Assembly: GCA_034434635.1 (NCBI GenBank)
Contig: DAOTYX010000130.1
Span: forward strand, 1 to 36,349
Length of the DNA: 36,349 bases
Reading direction: 5' to 3'
Source of the DNA: Anaerolineae bacterium
Lineage (GTDB): Bacteria > Chloroflexota > Anaerolineae > B4-G1 > DUEL01
Both the position numbers and the translations under genes were made by a program. The notes beneath the pieces were generated by a model, which saw only the letters and a list, made by a program, of their open reading frames with translations, was not told the origin of the DNA and made no database searches. This document shows positions 1 to 10,709 of this stretch, one piece after another; positions within the stretch are counted from its first letter, which is position 1; each line of letters begins with the position of its first letter.

Positions 1-384
<384 letters not shown>

Positions 385-385
385 C

Positions 386-1318
386 GTGGACTGGGTCACG
401 CAGGCTCTGGCCGGCGACCGGCGCGCGCTGGCCCGGCTGATCTCGTTCGTTGAGGACGATGGCCCGCAGGCGCACCGTGCGCTCGCCCTGCTCCACCCTC
501 ACTCCGGCCACGCCCACATCATCGGCGTCACCGGCGCGCCCGGTACCGGCAAGTCCACGCTGGTCAACGAACTGGCCAAAGGGCTACGCGCCCGGGGGCA
601 TACGGTTGGCATCGTCGCGGTGGATCCGACCAGCCCGTTCACCGGCGGGGCGCTCTTGGGCGATCGGGTGCGCATGCGGGACCTGGCCGGCGATCCCGGC
701 ATCTTCATCCGCAGCATGGCCACGCGCGGCAGCCTGGGAGGGTTGGCCCAGGCCACCGGCGACGTGGTCAAGGTCCTGGACGCCGTCGGCTTTGCCGTGG
801 TGCTGGTGGAGACGGTCGGCGTGGGCCAGGCGGAGGTGGACATCGCCCGCACCGCCCACACCACGGTGGTGGTCGAAGCGCCGGGATTGGGGGACGAGGT
901 GCAGGCGCTCAAGGCGGGTCTCCTGGAGATCGCCGACTTGCTGGTGGTGAACAAGGCCGACCGGCCCGGTGCGGCGCAGACGGCGCGGGCGCTGGAGGCG
1001 ATGCTCGACCTGGGCCGTAGCGACAACGGCTGGCGACCGCCGGTGTTGCAGACGGTGGCGCTGGATGGCACCGGGGTGGACGCGGCGTTGGAGGCCATTG
1101 CCGCCCACCGCGCCTACCTGCAAGAGAGCGGCCAGTGGGCGCGGCGGGAGCGCGAACGGGCACGTGCCGACCTGCTGCGGGTGCTGGAGCGGGAATTGCT
1201 CCACCGGCTGCGCGCGCGGGCAGGTGAGGATGTGCTGGAACATTGGGTGGAGCGCGTGGCTGCCCGCCAGGTGGACGTCTATACGGCGGCAGCAGCGTTG
1301 TTGGACGGTTTGCCGTGA
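386..1318 (+). CDS. meaB: Methylmalonyl-CoA mutase-associated G-protein chaperone (MeaB/ArgK family GTPase).
   Basis: GTG start 2 nt after the upstream stop. P-loop GVTGAPGTGKSTL, the switch region, and NKAD (the G4 motif). About 310 aa, typical for MeaB. The gene sits directly downstream of the MCM B12 domain. Confidence 0.85.
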   Translation: MDWVTQALAGDRRALARLISFVEDDGPQAHRALALLHPHSGHAHIIGVTGAPGTGKSTLVNELAKGLRARGHTVGIVAVDPTSPFTGGALLGDRVRMRDLAGDPGIFIRSMATRGSLGGLAQATGDVVKVLDAVGFAVVLVETVGVGQAEVDIARTAHTTVVVEAPGLGDEVQALKAGLLEIADLLVVNKADRPGAAQTARALEAMLDLGRSDNGWRPPVLQTVALDGTGVDAALEAIAAHRAYLQESGQWARRERERARADLLRVLERELLHRLRARAGEDVLEHWVERVAARQVDVYTAAAALLDGLP

Positions 1319-1395
1319 GGAGAGAGACGCCCGGGACACACGTCATCGCTGAACCTGCTGCCGATCAGGCCTCCCCTTCGGGCCGGACAGAGGGG

Positions 1396-2034
1396 ATGCT
1401 GCGCCTGTTGCTGATCCGCCACGGCCGCTCGGAGATGAACGCCCAGGGGCGCATCCAGGGCTGGCTGGATTCGCCGCTGGATGACCTGGGGCGGGCCCAG
1501 GCGCACGCCGTGGCCCGGCGTCTGCAATGCGAAGGGCCTGCCGTCCTCTACGCCAGCGACCTGCGTCGGGCGTGGGAGACGGCGCAGATCATCGGCCAGG
1601 TGCTCGACATCCCCCTCATACCTGATGCCCGATTGCGTGAGCGGAACCTGGGGGACATCGCCGGCCTCTCCGGCGAGGAGATTCGGGATCGCTTTCCAGA
1701 CATGGTGCGCGAATGGGAGAGCAGCCAGCGCATGCGCTCAGCGCCGGGGGGAGAGCAACCCGCCGATTTCTGGGCCCGCGTCGTCGCCGCCTTCGACGAG
1801 ATCGTGGGCCGGCATCCGCAGGGCGTGGTGGGCGTGGTCACCCACGGCGGCGTCCTCGCCACCTACATGAGCCATCTGATGGGGCTGGAGGTAGGGCGGT
1901 GGGGCCTGCTGTCCTTCAACAACGGCTCCCTCAGCGCTGTGGAGTTCACGGGGAAGGGCGCGCGCATCCGCTGGGTCAATGACTGCTGCCATCTGGACGG
2001 CGTGGCGCCCCCTTCGGCCGCAGGCCCGGCCTGA
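1396..2034 (+). CDS. Histidine phosphatase family protein (phosphoglycerate-mutase-like; possibly a CobC-like alpha-ribazole phosphatase).
   Basis: LLLIRHGRSEMN is the RHG catalytic motif. About 213 aa. The ATG at 1396 is preferred over the ORF-track start at 1243, which overlaps meaB and encodes a low-complexity N-terminus. Confidence 0.7.
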   Translation: MLRLLLIRHGRSEMNAQGRIQGWLDSPLDDLGRAQAHAVARRLQCEGPAVLYASDLRRAWETAQIIGQVLDIPLIPDARLRERNLGDIAGLSGEEIRDRFPDMVREWESSQRMRSAPGGEQPADFWARVVAAFDEIVGRHPQGVVGVVTHGGVLATYMSHLMGLEVGRWGLLSFNNGSLSAVEFTGKGARIRWVNDCCHLDGVAPPSAAGPA

Positions 2035-2070
2035 GGTGAGGGAGTGGCAGAGTTCGAGTGGGGGGAAGAG

Positions 2071-3024
2071 ATGCACGGGATGATCAAACTGTTCGGTGGC
2101 ACTGGCTGTCCAGACCTGGCGGAGGAGATCAGCCGCTACCTGGATGTGCCGCTCTCGGGGCGTGACATCATTCGCTTCCCCAACGAGAATATCTTCGTCC
2201 GCCTTCACGAGAGCGTGCGCGGTCAAGACGTCTTCCTGATCCAGACTACCGCCTCGCCGGTCAATGAGAACATCATGGAGCTGCTGATCTTCCTGGACGC
2301 CCTGCGGCGCGCTTCGCCTGACCGCATCACCGTTGTGGTACCCTATCTGGCCTATGGCCGGTCGGACAAGAAGGACCAGCCGCGCGTGCCCATCACTGCC
2401 CGGCTGGTCGCCGACCTGATCACCACCGCTGGCGCCGATCGGTACATCACCCTCGACCTGCACGCCGATCAGATTCAGGGCTTCTTCAGCATCCCCGGCG
2501 ACGCGTTGACCGCCTTCTCGATCTTCGCCGACTACCTTAAGGCCAAGCAACTGGATGAGGCAGTGGTTGTGGCCGCCGACCTGGGCTTCGCCAAGAAGGC
2601 GCGCAACCTGGCGGAGGAACTGGAACTGCCGCTGGCGGTGATCGAGAAACGGCGCGTGGGGCGGGAGACCGAAGCGCTCACCCTGGTCGGTGATGTCGAG
2701 GGTCAGGATGCGATCATCGTGGATGATGAGGTGGACACGGCTGGTTCCATCGTCAACGCCGTGCGGGTAGTTCGGGAAGGAGGCGCGCGCGACGTCTACC
2801 TGTGCTTTGCCCACGCTGTCTTCTCGCCACCGGCGGCAGAGCGGCTGCGGAGTCTGGCATTGAGGGAGATCATCACCAGCAACTCCATCCCGGTGGCGCC
2901 GGAGAACCGCATGCCCAACCTCACCGTGCTGTCGGTCGCTCCGTTGTTAGGGGAAGTCATCCGTCGCGTTCACGAGGGGAGCAGCGTGGGGGAGGTCTTC
3001 CGCCGCTATCACCGTTATCGCTGA
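2071..3024 (+). CDS. prs: Ribose-phosphate pyrophosphokinase (PRPP synthetase).
   Basis: Conserved motifs: IKLFGG...PDLAEEI, VVPYLAYGRSDKKD, DLHADQIQGFF, and the PRPP-binding loop IIVDDEVDTAGS. The ATG at 2071 follows a GGGGGAAGAG Shine-Dalgarno-like sequence; GTG 2044 is an alternative start. Confidence 0.9.
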   Translation: MHGMIKLFGGTGCPDLAEEISRYLDVPLSGRDIIRFPNENIFVRLHESVRGQDVFLIQTTASPVNENIMELLIFLDALRRASPDRITVVVPYLAYGRSDKKDQPRVPITARLVADLITTAGADRYITLDLHADQIQGFFSIPGDALTAFSIFADYLKAKQLDEAVVVAADLGFAKKARNLAEELELPLAVIEKRRVGRETEALTLVGDVEGQDAIIVDDEVDTAGSIVNAVRVVREGGARDVYLCFAHAVFSPPAAERLRSLALREIITSNSIPVAPENRMPNLTVLSVAPLLGEVIRRVHEGSSVGEVFRRYHRYR

Positions 3025-3031
3025 TGGCGGA

Positions 3032-3517
3032 TCAGGCCTGGTCGCTCTCGCGCTTGCTCAGGTAGTGGATGCCGGGATCGATCTCGACATATCCCGCCTG
3101 TCGGAAGAGGGCCAGTGAAGCGGGATTGTCACTTTCCACCAGCGCGGCGATGACCGTCATGCCCTGGGCGCGCAGGGTCTCCTCTGCGGCCTGCACCAGT
3201 CGCCGACCCCACCCCTGACGGCGGAAGTCGGGATCCACCACCAGCCGGTTGATCCAGCCCTTGCGGCTGTCGTGTGTGGCGACGACCGCGCCGATCAATC
3301 GGCCCTCCAGTTCCAGCCCCAGGATTGTCTGCACGCCGCTCTGGAGTTGACGGGCCAGCGCCTCGCGGCTGTCTCGACCGTTGGGGCGCAGCGAGTGCAG
3401 CCCTGCCCGTTGCCACAGGGCCATGAGACGGTCGTAGTCTTCCAGGCCAAGCGTGCGAATGTGCGGCTCTCCCAAACCCTTCCCCCAGTCGTCGGACTTC
3501 CGATGCCTGGAAGACAT
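3032..3517 (-). CDS. GNAT family N-acetyltransferase.
   Basis: The acetyl-CoA-binding motif RRQGWGRRLV (Q/RxxGxG/A) lies inside an approximately 160-aa protein. The ATG at 3517 is preceded by GGGAAG. It is convergent with prs. Confidence 0.75.
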   Translation of the reverse strand: MSSRHRKSDDWGKGLGEPHIRTLGLEDYDRLMALWQRAGLHSLRPNGRDSREALARQLQSGVQTILGLELEGRLIGAVVATHDSRKGWINRLVVDPDFRRQGWGRRLVQAAEETLRAQGMTVIAALVESDNPASLALFRQAGYVEIDPGIHYLSKRESDQA

Positions 3518-3565
3518 TGATGGTCTTCCCTTACTGTGTTGATCGAAGACTGCGCCCAAAACGGC

Positions 3566-3650
3566 CGAAGAGAGTCAGCGGATTTAGCAGATGAAGCGGA
3601 TTTGTCTACAGAAATCCGCTGAATCTGCTCAATCTGCTGACCGATTCCTC
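3566..3650. repeat. Copy 1 of a composite palindromic repeat element built from 9-mer units GCAGATTNA / GCGGATTTN.
   Basis: tcagcggatttagcagatgaagcggattt-gtctaca-gaaatccgctgaatctgctcaatctgctgac. Three 9-mers sit on each arm in inverted orientation. The copy lies in the intergenic region between the GNAT start and the mreB stop. Confidence 0.7.
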
Positions 3651-3721
3651 GCTTTTGGCACTCTGAACCAGGAACAACACTCAAGAGGGAGACTACCAAG
3701 ACATCGGAAGCCTGGAAATCC

Positions 3722-4732
3722 TCATGCGTCCATATCCGGCACGCTGCGGCGCAGGATGTTGTACTCCGCCAGCGCCCGTCCGGCCCCGATGGCGACGCAG
3801 GCCATGGGCGCGTCCGCCACCCAGGCGGGCACGCCGGTCTCCTGGGTGATCAGTTCGTCCATCCGGCGCAGCAGCGAGGTGCCGCCGGCCAAAGCGATGC
3901 CGCGCTCGATGATGTCGGAGGAGAGTTCCGGCGGCGTGCGTTCCAGCACCGCCTTGACAACGCTCACGATCGCCGCCAGCGGCTCGGCCAGCGCCTCCGT
4001 GACCTCGTCGGAGGAGATCTGGACGGTGCGTGGAAGCCCCGCCACCTGGTCGCGGCCCTGGATTTCCATCTTGAGGGGCGGGTCGAGCGGCAGCGCGCTG
4101 CCGATACGGATCTTCACGTCCTCGGCGGTGGGCTGGCCGATGATCAGGTTGTACTTGCGGCGCACGTAGGAGATGATTGCCTCGTCGAGGCGGATGCCGC
4201 CCACGCGCACGGAGTGGGCCGTGACGATGCCGTTCATGGCGATCACGGCGGCCTCGCTGGCCCCGCCGCCCAGGTCCACCACCATATTGCCTGAAGGCGT
4301 GCCGACGGGCAGGCCGGCGCCCAGGGCGGCGGCGAGCGGCTCGGGGATGAGGTGGGCGCGGCCAGCGCCGGCGTCCAATGCCGCCTCACGCACCGCCCGC
4401 CGCTCCACACTGGTCACGCCGTAGGGGACGCTGATCATCACCCGTGGCTTGAAGAAGCGCGAGGAGCCGCCAACCTTGTGCAGGAAGTAACTGAGCATCC
4501 GCTCAGTGACCATGTAGTCGGCGATGACGCCGTCGCGCAGGGGGCGGATCACCTCGAAGGCCCCGGGGGTGCGTCCAAGCATCGCCCGCGCCTCCTCGCC
4601 CACCGCGACGATCTTGTCCTCCTCCACCGATATGGCGACCACCGAGGGCTCCTGCAGCACCACCCCCTTGCCGCGCACATAGACGAGCACGTTGACCGTG
4701 CCCAGGTCAATTCCGATTTCTTTGGTCAGCAA
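3722..4732 (-). CDS. mreB: Rod shape-determining protein MreB.
   Basis: [18 protein letters not shown] is the actin-fold phosphate-1 motif; [15 protein letters not shown] is phosphate-2. About 337 aa. A TTG start at 4732 is preceded by GGGAGG, so it is preferred over the upstream GTG (4786), which would overlap atpC. Confidence 0.9.
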   Translation of the reverse strand: MLTKEIGIDLGTVNVLVYVRGKGVVLQEPSVVAISVEEDKIVAVGEEARAMLGRTPGAFEVIRPLRDGVIADYMVTERMLSYFLHKVGGSSRFFKPRVMISVPYGVTSVERRAVREAALDAGAGRAHLIPEPLAAALGAGLPVGTPSGNMVVDLGGGASEAAVIAMNGIVTAHSVRVGGIRLDEAIISYVRRKYNLIIGQPTAEDVKIRIGSALPLDPPLKMEIQGRDQVAGLPRTVQISSDEVTEALAEPLAAIVSVVKAVLERTPPELSSDIIERGIALAGGTSLLRRMDELITQETGVPAWVADAPMACVAIGAGRALAEYNILRRSVPDMDA

Positions 4733-4760
4733 GGCGACCTCCCAGAGATGGGCCAGCGGG

Positions 4761-5198
4761 TCAGCGATCCGCTGATTCGCCAGCACGCTGATCCGGCCGA
4801 TAAGGGCGGCGGCCCACGCGCAGGCGCACCTGAGCGCGGTGGAGCGCCTGCAGGGCAGCGATCCGCTCCTGCGGCGGCGGTTCCCTGGTCAACAACTCCT
4901 CCGCCTCCCGGCGGGCCCGCTCCGCCCGCATGATGTCAATATCCTCAGCCCGCTCTGCCACATCGGCCAGCACGATGACCCGGTCGGGCAACACCTGCAT
5001 GTACCCGCCGTGGATGGCGAAGGTCAGCTCTTCCTCCCCCTGGTGGGCCACCAGCACCCCTTCTGCCAGCACGGTGACCAGTGGGGCGTGGCGGGGCAGG
5101 ATGCCCATCTGTCCCTCCGCTCCGGGGGCCAGGACCCTGTCCACCTCGCCGGTGAACAGTTCCCGCTCTGGCGTGACGACGTCCAGACGCAGTTTCAT
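4761..5198 (-). CDS. atpC: F1 ATP synthase epsilon subunit.
   Basis: [40 protein letters not shown] is a canonical epsilon N-terminus. ATG preceded by GGGGGAG, directly after the atpD stop. Confidence 0.85.
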   Translation of the reverse strand: MKLRLDVVTPERELFTGEVDRVLAPGAEGQMGILPRHAPLVTVLAEGVLVAHQGEEELTFAIHGGYMQVLPDRVIVLADVAERAEDIDIMRAERARREAEELLTREPPPQERIAALQALHRAQVRLRVGRRPYRPDQRAGESADR

Positions 5199-5206
5199 CG
5201 CTCCCC

Positions 5207-6670
<1,464 letters not shown>

Positions 6671-6702
6671 CTATAGATGTGCCACATCCGTTCTTTGAAG
6701 CC

Positions 6703-6864
6703 TCAATCGTCGTCGAAAAAGGCCAGGATGTCTATGTCACTGCCAGCGCGAGCCTGGCCGCGGGCAAGGGAACCGAAGAGGATGAGCCGCCGCGCGCCCA
6801 TCTCCCGCAATTGGGCGACGACCTGCTCCAGGGCCTCCTCCAGCCGCGTCTTGTCCGCTTTCAC
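6703..6864 (-). CDS. Small ORF (53 aa) encoding a minimal nucleotidyltransferase (MNT / Pol-beta superfamily) motif; a possible truncated toxin-antitoxin MNT remnant.
   Basis: Hand translation of the minus strand gives MKADKTRLEEALEQVVAQLREMGARRLILFGSLARGQARAGSDIDILAFFDDD*. The hG[GS]x9DhDh signature (LFGSLARGQARAGSDIDIL) is present. The GTG start overlaps the atpG TGA stop (GTGA). The ORF is absent from the supplied track because it is under 60 aa. Confidence 0.4.
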   Translation of the reverse strand: MKADKTRLEEALEQVVAQLREMGARRLILFGSLARGQARAGSDIDILAFFDDD

Positions 6865-7772
6865 GCTTCAGCCCCCCGTGTCTGCTGTAGCGCCTCCGCC
6901 CCGCCGGCGATGTCCAGCAGTTCGCGGGTGATGGCCTGCTGCCGGGCCTTGTTGCGCATCAGGGTCAGATCGCGCAGCAGGTCCTCGGCGTTGTCGGTGG
7001 CGTTGCGCATGGCCATGCGCCGGGCGGCATGCTCGCTGGCCGAAGCCTCCAGGGCGGCCTGATAGACCTGCAGGGTTGTGAAGCGAGGAAGGACGGCCTC
7101 CAGGACCGACGTCGGGTCGGGCTCGTAGATGTAGTCGGGGGCCCCCACCGGGCGCATGTCCACGACGTACTTGCTCACCGCCTGCTCCTCCAGTTTCGAC
7201 GGGTGCAGTGGCAGCAGGCGGCGAATCACCGGTCGTTGCTGCAGCAGGTTGACGAACTCGGTATGCGCCAGGAAGACCTCGTCGGCGCGGCCTTCCAGGA
7301 ACTCCTCGATCGCTGTGCGGGCGATGGCGGAGACGTCGGCCAGGGAAGGGACAGCGGGCAGGCCGGGGAAGGTGGCCAGGATGTCGGCGCGCGCCCGCCA
7401 CAGGATGTCCCGCCCCCGCCGTCCAACGACGATGTAGCGGGTGGGCACGGACAGTTGCGCCGCGAATTCAGTGGCCGCGCGCACCACGTTCTGGTTGTAA
7501 GCCCCACACAACCCGCGGTCGCTGGCGAAAAGGAGGATCGCCACCGCGCGCACCGGTTCCCGGTGGATGAGCAAGGGGTGGAGCGGTGTCCCCGACACGC
7601 TGGACAGGTTGACGATCACCTCCCAGGCGCGATGGGCGTAGGCGCGGGTGCGCATCACGGCTACCTGGGCTTTCTGAACCTTCGAGGCGGAGACCGCCTC
7701 CAGGGCGCGGGTGACCTGGGAGAGGTTGTGTACGCTGCGGATGCGTCGGCGAATCTCGCGAAGCGTCTCCAC
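6861..7772 (-). CDS. atpG: F1 ATP synthase gamma subunit.
   Basis: METLREIRRRIRSVHNLSQVTRALEAVSASK is the canonical gamma N-terminus. About 303 aa, 4 nt downstream of atpA. Confidence 0.9.
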   Translation of the reverse strand: METLREIRRRIRSVHNLSQVTRALEAVSASKVQKAQVAVMRTRAYAHRAWEVIVNLSSVSGTPLHPLLIHREPVRAVAILLFASDRGLCGAYNQNVVRAATEFAAQLSVPTRYIVVGRRGRDILWRARADILATFPGLPAVPSLADVSAIARTAIEEFLEGRADEVFLAHTEFVNLLQQRPVIRRLLPLHPSKLEEQAVSKYVVDMRPVGAPDYIYEPDPTSVLEAVLPRFTTLQVYQAALEASASEHAARRMAMRNATDNAEDLLRDLTLMRNKARQQAITRELLDIAGGAEALQQTRGAEA

Positions 7773-7776
7773 GGCT

Positions 7777-9438
7777 CTACTCCGGCCTCCACTGGGCGAA
7801 GAAGTCGGTCAGCGCTGCTTTCAACGCCTCTTCGGTTTCGGTGGTCAGCGCCTTTCGAGCGGCGATATCAGCGCCGATCTCCGGGTGCTGATAGCGCATG
7901 TAATCCAGCAGCGCCTGCTCCGCCTCGCGCATGCGCGCTACCGGCACCCGATCGCAGAAGCCCTTGGTGCCGGCGTAGATGATGATCACCTGCTCCTCCA
8001 ACGGCACCGGCGCGTACTGCGGCTGCTTGAGGATTTCCGTCAGCCGCCGCCCGCGGTCCAGCTGCCGTTGCGTGGACTCGTCCAGGTCGGAGCCGAACTG
8101 GGCGAAGGCGGCCAGTTCCTGGAAGCGGGCCATATCCAACCGCAACCCGCCGGCCACCTGCTTCATCGCCTTCGTCTGCGCGTCACCGCCGACGCGGGAG
8201 ACGGAGATGCCGACGTTGATCGCCGGGCGGATGCCGGCGTTGAACAGATCGCCCTCCAGGTAGATCTGTCCGTCGGTGATGGAGATGACGTTGGTGGGGA
8301 TATAGGCGGTCACGTCCCCCAGCAGCGTCTCCACGATGGGCAGGGCGGTCAGGCTGCCGCCGGTGCCCGGCTTCTTGCGCATCTCGTACTCGTCACCCAG
8401 TTCTTTGAGCCGGGCGGCGGCTCGTTCGGCCCCCAACACCCCGCCATAGACCTGCCCATCCACTCCCTCGGTGACATCGGGCGGAGCGTCCTTACGAACA
8501 AGGATATAGCCGTTGGCCATCCGTGCCGCCCGCTCCAACAGGCGGGAGTGCAGGTAGAAGATGTCGCCGGGGTAGGCCTCCCGTCCCGGCGGACGGCGCA
8601 GCAGCAGGCTCACCTGTCGGTAGGCCCAGGCGTGCTTCGAAAGGTCGTCGTAGACCACCAGGGCATCCTTCCCGCGGTGCATGAACGCCTCGCCGATGGC
8701 GCAGCCGGCATAGGGGGCGATGTACTGCAACGCCGCTGGCTCGGAGGCGGAGGCGACGACGACCACGGTGTGCTCCATCGCACCATACCGCTCCAGCGTG
8801 GCCACCACCTGGCGCACCTGGCCCCGCTTCTGGCCGATGGCGACGTAGATGCAGATGAGGTCCTTGCCCCGCTGGTTGATGATCGTGTCAATGGCGATGG
8901 CCGTCTTGCCGGTCTGCCGGTCGCCGATGATCAACTCGCGCTGCCCCCGCCCGATGGGGATCATCGCGTCAATGGCCTTGATGCCGGTCTGCACCGGCGT
9001 GTCCACGTTCTGCCGCTCGACGACGCCGGGGGCGATTTGCTCGATGGCGCGGTACTCTTCGCTGAGGATTGGCCCCTTGCCATCCACCGGGCGGCCCAGC
9101 GCGTCCACCACGCGGCCCAGCAGGGCCTCTCCCACCGGCACGGAGACGATGCGCCCGGTGCGGCGTACCAGGTCGCCCTCGTTGATGCCGCCATACTCGC
9201 CCAGGATGATGACGCCGACCTCATCCGCCTCCAGGTCGAAGGCCATCCCCAGCGTGCCGGAGGGGAAAGAGACCAGTTCGCTCATCTGTACCGTGGAGAG
9301 GCCGGAGACGCGAGCGATCCCGTCACCCACCTCGGTCACCGTCCCCACATCCTCGGCGGAGACGGCGGGCTGAAACTGCTCGATGCGTTGCTGCAGAAAG
9401 GCGGCGATCTGTTCCATCTGCTTGCGGTCGGTCGTCAT
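7777..9438 (-). CDS. atpA: F1 ATP synthase alpha subunit.
   Basis: Walker A GDRQTGKT, plus conserved alpha blocks. The ATG at 9438 is preceded by GGGGGGAGAAAG. Confidence 0.95.
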   Translation of the reverse strand: MTTDRKQMEQIAAFLQQRIEQFQPAVSAEDVGTVTEVGDGIARVSGLSTVQMSELVSFPSGTLGMAFDLEADEVGVIILGEYGGINEGDLVRRTGRIVSVPVGEALLGRVVDALGRPVDGKGPILSEEYRAIEQIAPGVVERQNVDTPVQTGIKAIDAMIPIGRGQRELIIGDRQTGKTAIAIDTIINQRGKDLICIYVAIGQKRGQVRQVVATLERYGAMEHTVVVVASASEPAALQYIAPYAGCAIGEAFMHRGKDALVVYDDLSKHAWAYRQVSLLLRRPPGREAYPGDIFYLHSRLLERAARMANGYILVRKDAPPDVTEGVDGQVYGGVLGAERAAARLKELGDEYEMRKKPGTGGSLTALPIVETLLGDVTAYIPTNVISITDGQIYLEGDLFNAGIRPAINVGISVSRVGGDAQTKAMKQVAGGLRLDMARFQELAAFAQFGSDLDESTQRQLDRGRRLTEILKQPQYAPVPLEEQVIIIYAGTKGFCDRVPVARMREAEQALLDYMRYQHPEIGADIAARKALTTETEEALKAALTDFFAQWRPE

Positions 9439-9480
9439 TCTCTTTCTCCCCCCGGTAGGTATCGCCGATCACACGGGTGC

Positions 9481-10545
9481 TCAAGGCGCGAGGCTGGCGA
9501 CGGTCGGCGCGTCCAGTTTCTCCACCACGGCGAAGAGGAGTTGCAGCGCGCGATCGTAGTCGTCGCGGTGGAGGATGGCGGCGTGGCTGTGGATATGGCG
9601 CGCCGGCACGCCGATGACGACGGTGGGCACGCCGGCGCTGTGGAGATGAATTTGCGCTCCGTCGGTGGCCCCGCCGACCATCGCGGAGAGTTGCAGCGGG
9701 ATACCCAACGCTTGCGCCGTCTCGATGACCAGATCGCGCAGGCGCAGGTTAGGGATCATGCGCGCGTCCATCAGGAGCAGGCTGGGGCCGCCGCCCAGTT
9801 TCACTGCCGACTCCTCTGGCTTGATGCCGGGCACGTCGCCGCAGATGTCCGACTCCAGGATGATGGCCACATCGGGGTTGACGATCTCGGCGCTGGTCTT
9901 CGCCCCGCGGGTGCCCACTTCCTCCATCACCGTGGCGACGCCGTACAGGATGTTGGGATGGGGTTTCTGGGCGAAGTGGCGCAGCACCTCGATCATCATC
10001 GCCACGCCGATGCGGTCGTCGAAGGCCTTGCTCAGGTAAGACTTGCCGTTGGCCAGCACCTGGAATGAGGAGGCCGGCACCACCGGGTCACCCAGGCGCA
10101 CGCCGGCAGCCTCTACCTCCTCTTTCGAGGTCGCGCCGATGTCAATGTACATGTCCTTCTTCTCCACCACCTTGTTCCGCTCTTCCGTCGGCAACAGGTG
10201 GGGGGGCTTGGCCCCGATCACGCCGACCCGGTCACCCAGATGGGTCTTGACGATTACCCGCTGGCCCAGGAGCACCTGGTCCCACCACCCGCCCAGAGGG
10301 AGGAAGCGCAGGAACCCCTCCTTGGTGATGTGATGGACCATGAAGCCGATCTCATCCATATGGCCGGCCAGCATCACGCGCGGACCGCTCGTCCCCAGGC
10401 GGCAGATCAGGCTGCCGATGTGGTCCTGTTCAATCGTGCCCAGCGGCTCCAGATAGCGACGGACCAGTGCGCGCACTTCCGTCTCGTATCCTGGCACGCC
10501 ATGGGCTTCGGTCAGTTCCTGCAAGAACTGCTCAGTCTGATCCAT
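9481..10545 (-). CDS. M42 family metallo-aminopeptidase (glutamyl aminopeptidase, FrvX/YsdC-like).
   Basis: The HMDEIG metal-binding motif, the overall length (354 aa), and the conserved C-terminal HxH/D blocks typical of the M42 family. Confidence 0.8.
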   Translation of the reverse strand: MDQTEQFLQELTEAHGVPGYETEVRALVRRYLEPLGTIEQDHIGSLICRLGTSGPRVMLAGHMDEIGFMVHHITKEGFLRFLPLGGWWDQVLLGQRVIVKTHLGDRVGVIGAKPPHLLPTEERNKVVEKKDMYIDIGATSKEEVEAAGVRLGDPVVPASSFQVLANGKSYLSKAFDDRIGVAMMIEVLRHFAQKPHPNILYGVATVMEEVGTRGAKTSAEIVNPDVAIILESDICGDVPGIKPEESAVKLGGGPSLLLMDARMIPNLRLRDLVIETAQALGIPLQLSAMVGGATDGAQIHLHSAGVPTVVIGVPARHIHSHAAILHRDDYDRALQLLFAVVEKLDAPTVASLAP

Positions 10546-10669
10546 GACTTATCTCCTCAGTGTGCGTCCACAAAAGCAAAGTCGTGCCTGTCGCCACGAA
10601 TCTCACGAATCGGCACGAAGGGTTCGCGAGAAAACGCTGCGCACGACGCCGCGACAGGCAAGCATTACC

Positions 10670-10698
10670 GGACGGGGGGATGATACACGATTTTGACC
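10670..10698 (-). promoter_or_regulatory. Candidate sigma70-type promoter for the peptidase (and possibly downstream atp) transcript, read on the minus strand.
   Basis: Reverse complement reads TGGACA, a 17-nt spacer, then TATCAT. This places a roughly 115-nt leader containing a 9-bp long-range inverted repeat (GCCTGTCGC...GCGACAGGC). Confidence 0.3.
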
Positions 10699-10709
10699 GA
10701 TTTGTCCAG

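Noticed and set aside
1243-1395. Longer N-terminal extension of the histidine phosphatase ORF starting at 1243.
   Set aside because: It overlaps meaB by 76 nt and encodes a low-complexity Gly/Arg-rich peptide. A conserved RHG-motif N-terminus begins right after the ATG at 1396.
3560-3721. Intrinsic terminator downstream of mreB formed by the AGCGGATTT...AAATCCGCT hairpin.
   Set aside because: No U-tract follows on the transcribed strand. The hairpin is part of the larger 9-mer repeat element, so it is reported as a repeat rather than a terminator.
7711-10068. 785-aa plus-strand ORF (and similar long plus-strand ORFs at 10560-11870, 12526-13962, 14064-15554, 18704-19861, 20446-21318, 24738-26384 and 27505-28608).
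   Set aside because: All lie antisense to well-supported minus-strand genes (atpA, the peptidase, SPFH/NfeD, the regulator, hflX, dinG). Their products are Arg/Gly/Pro/His-rich low-complexity sequences with no motifs. Long antisense ORFs are an expected artefact of high GC, where stop codons are depleted.
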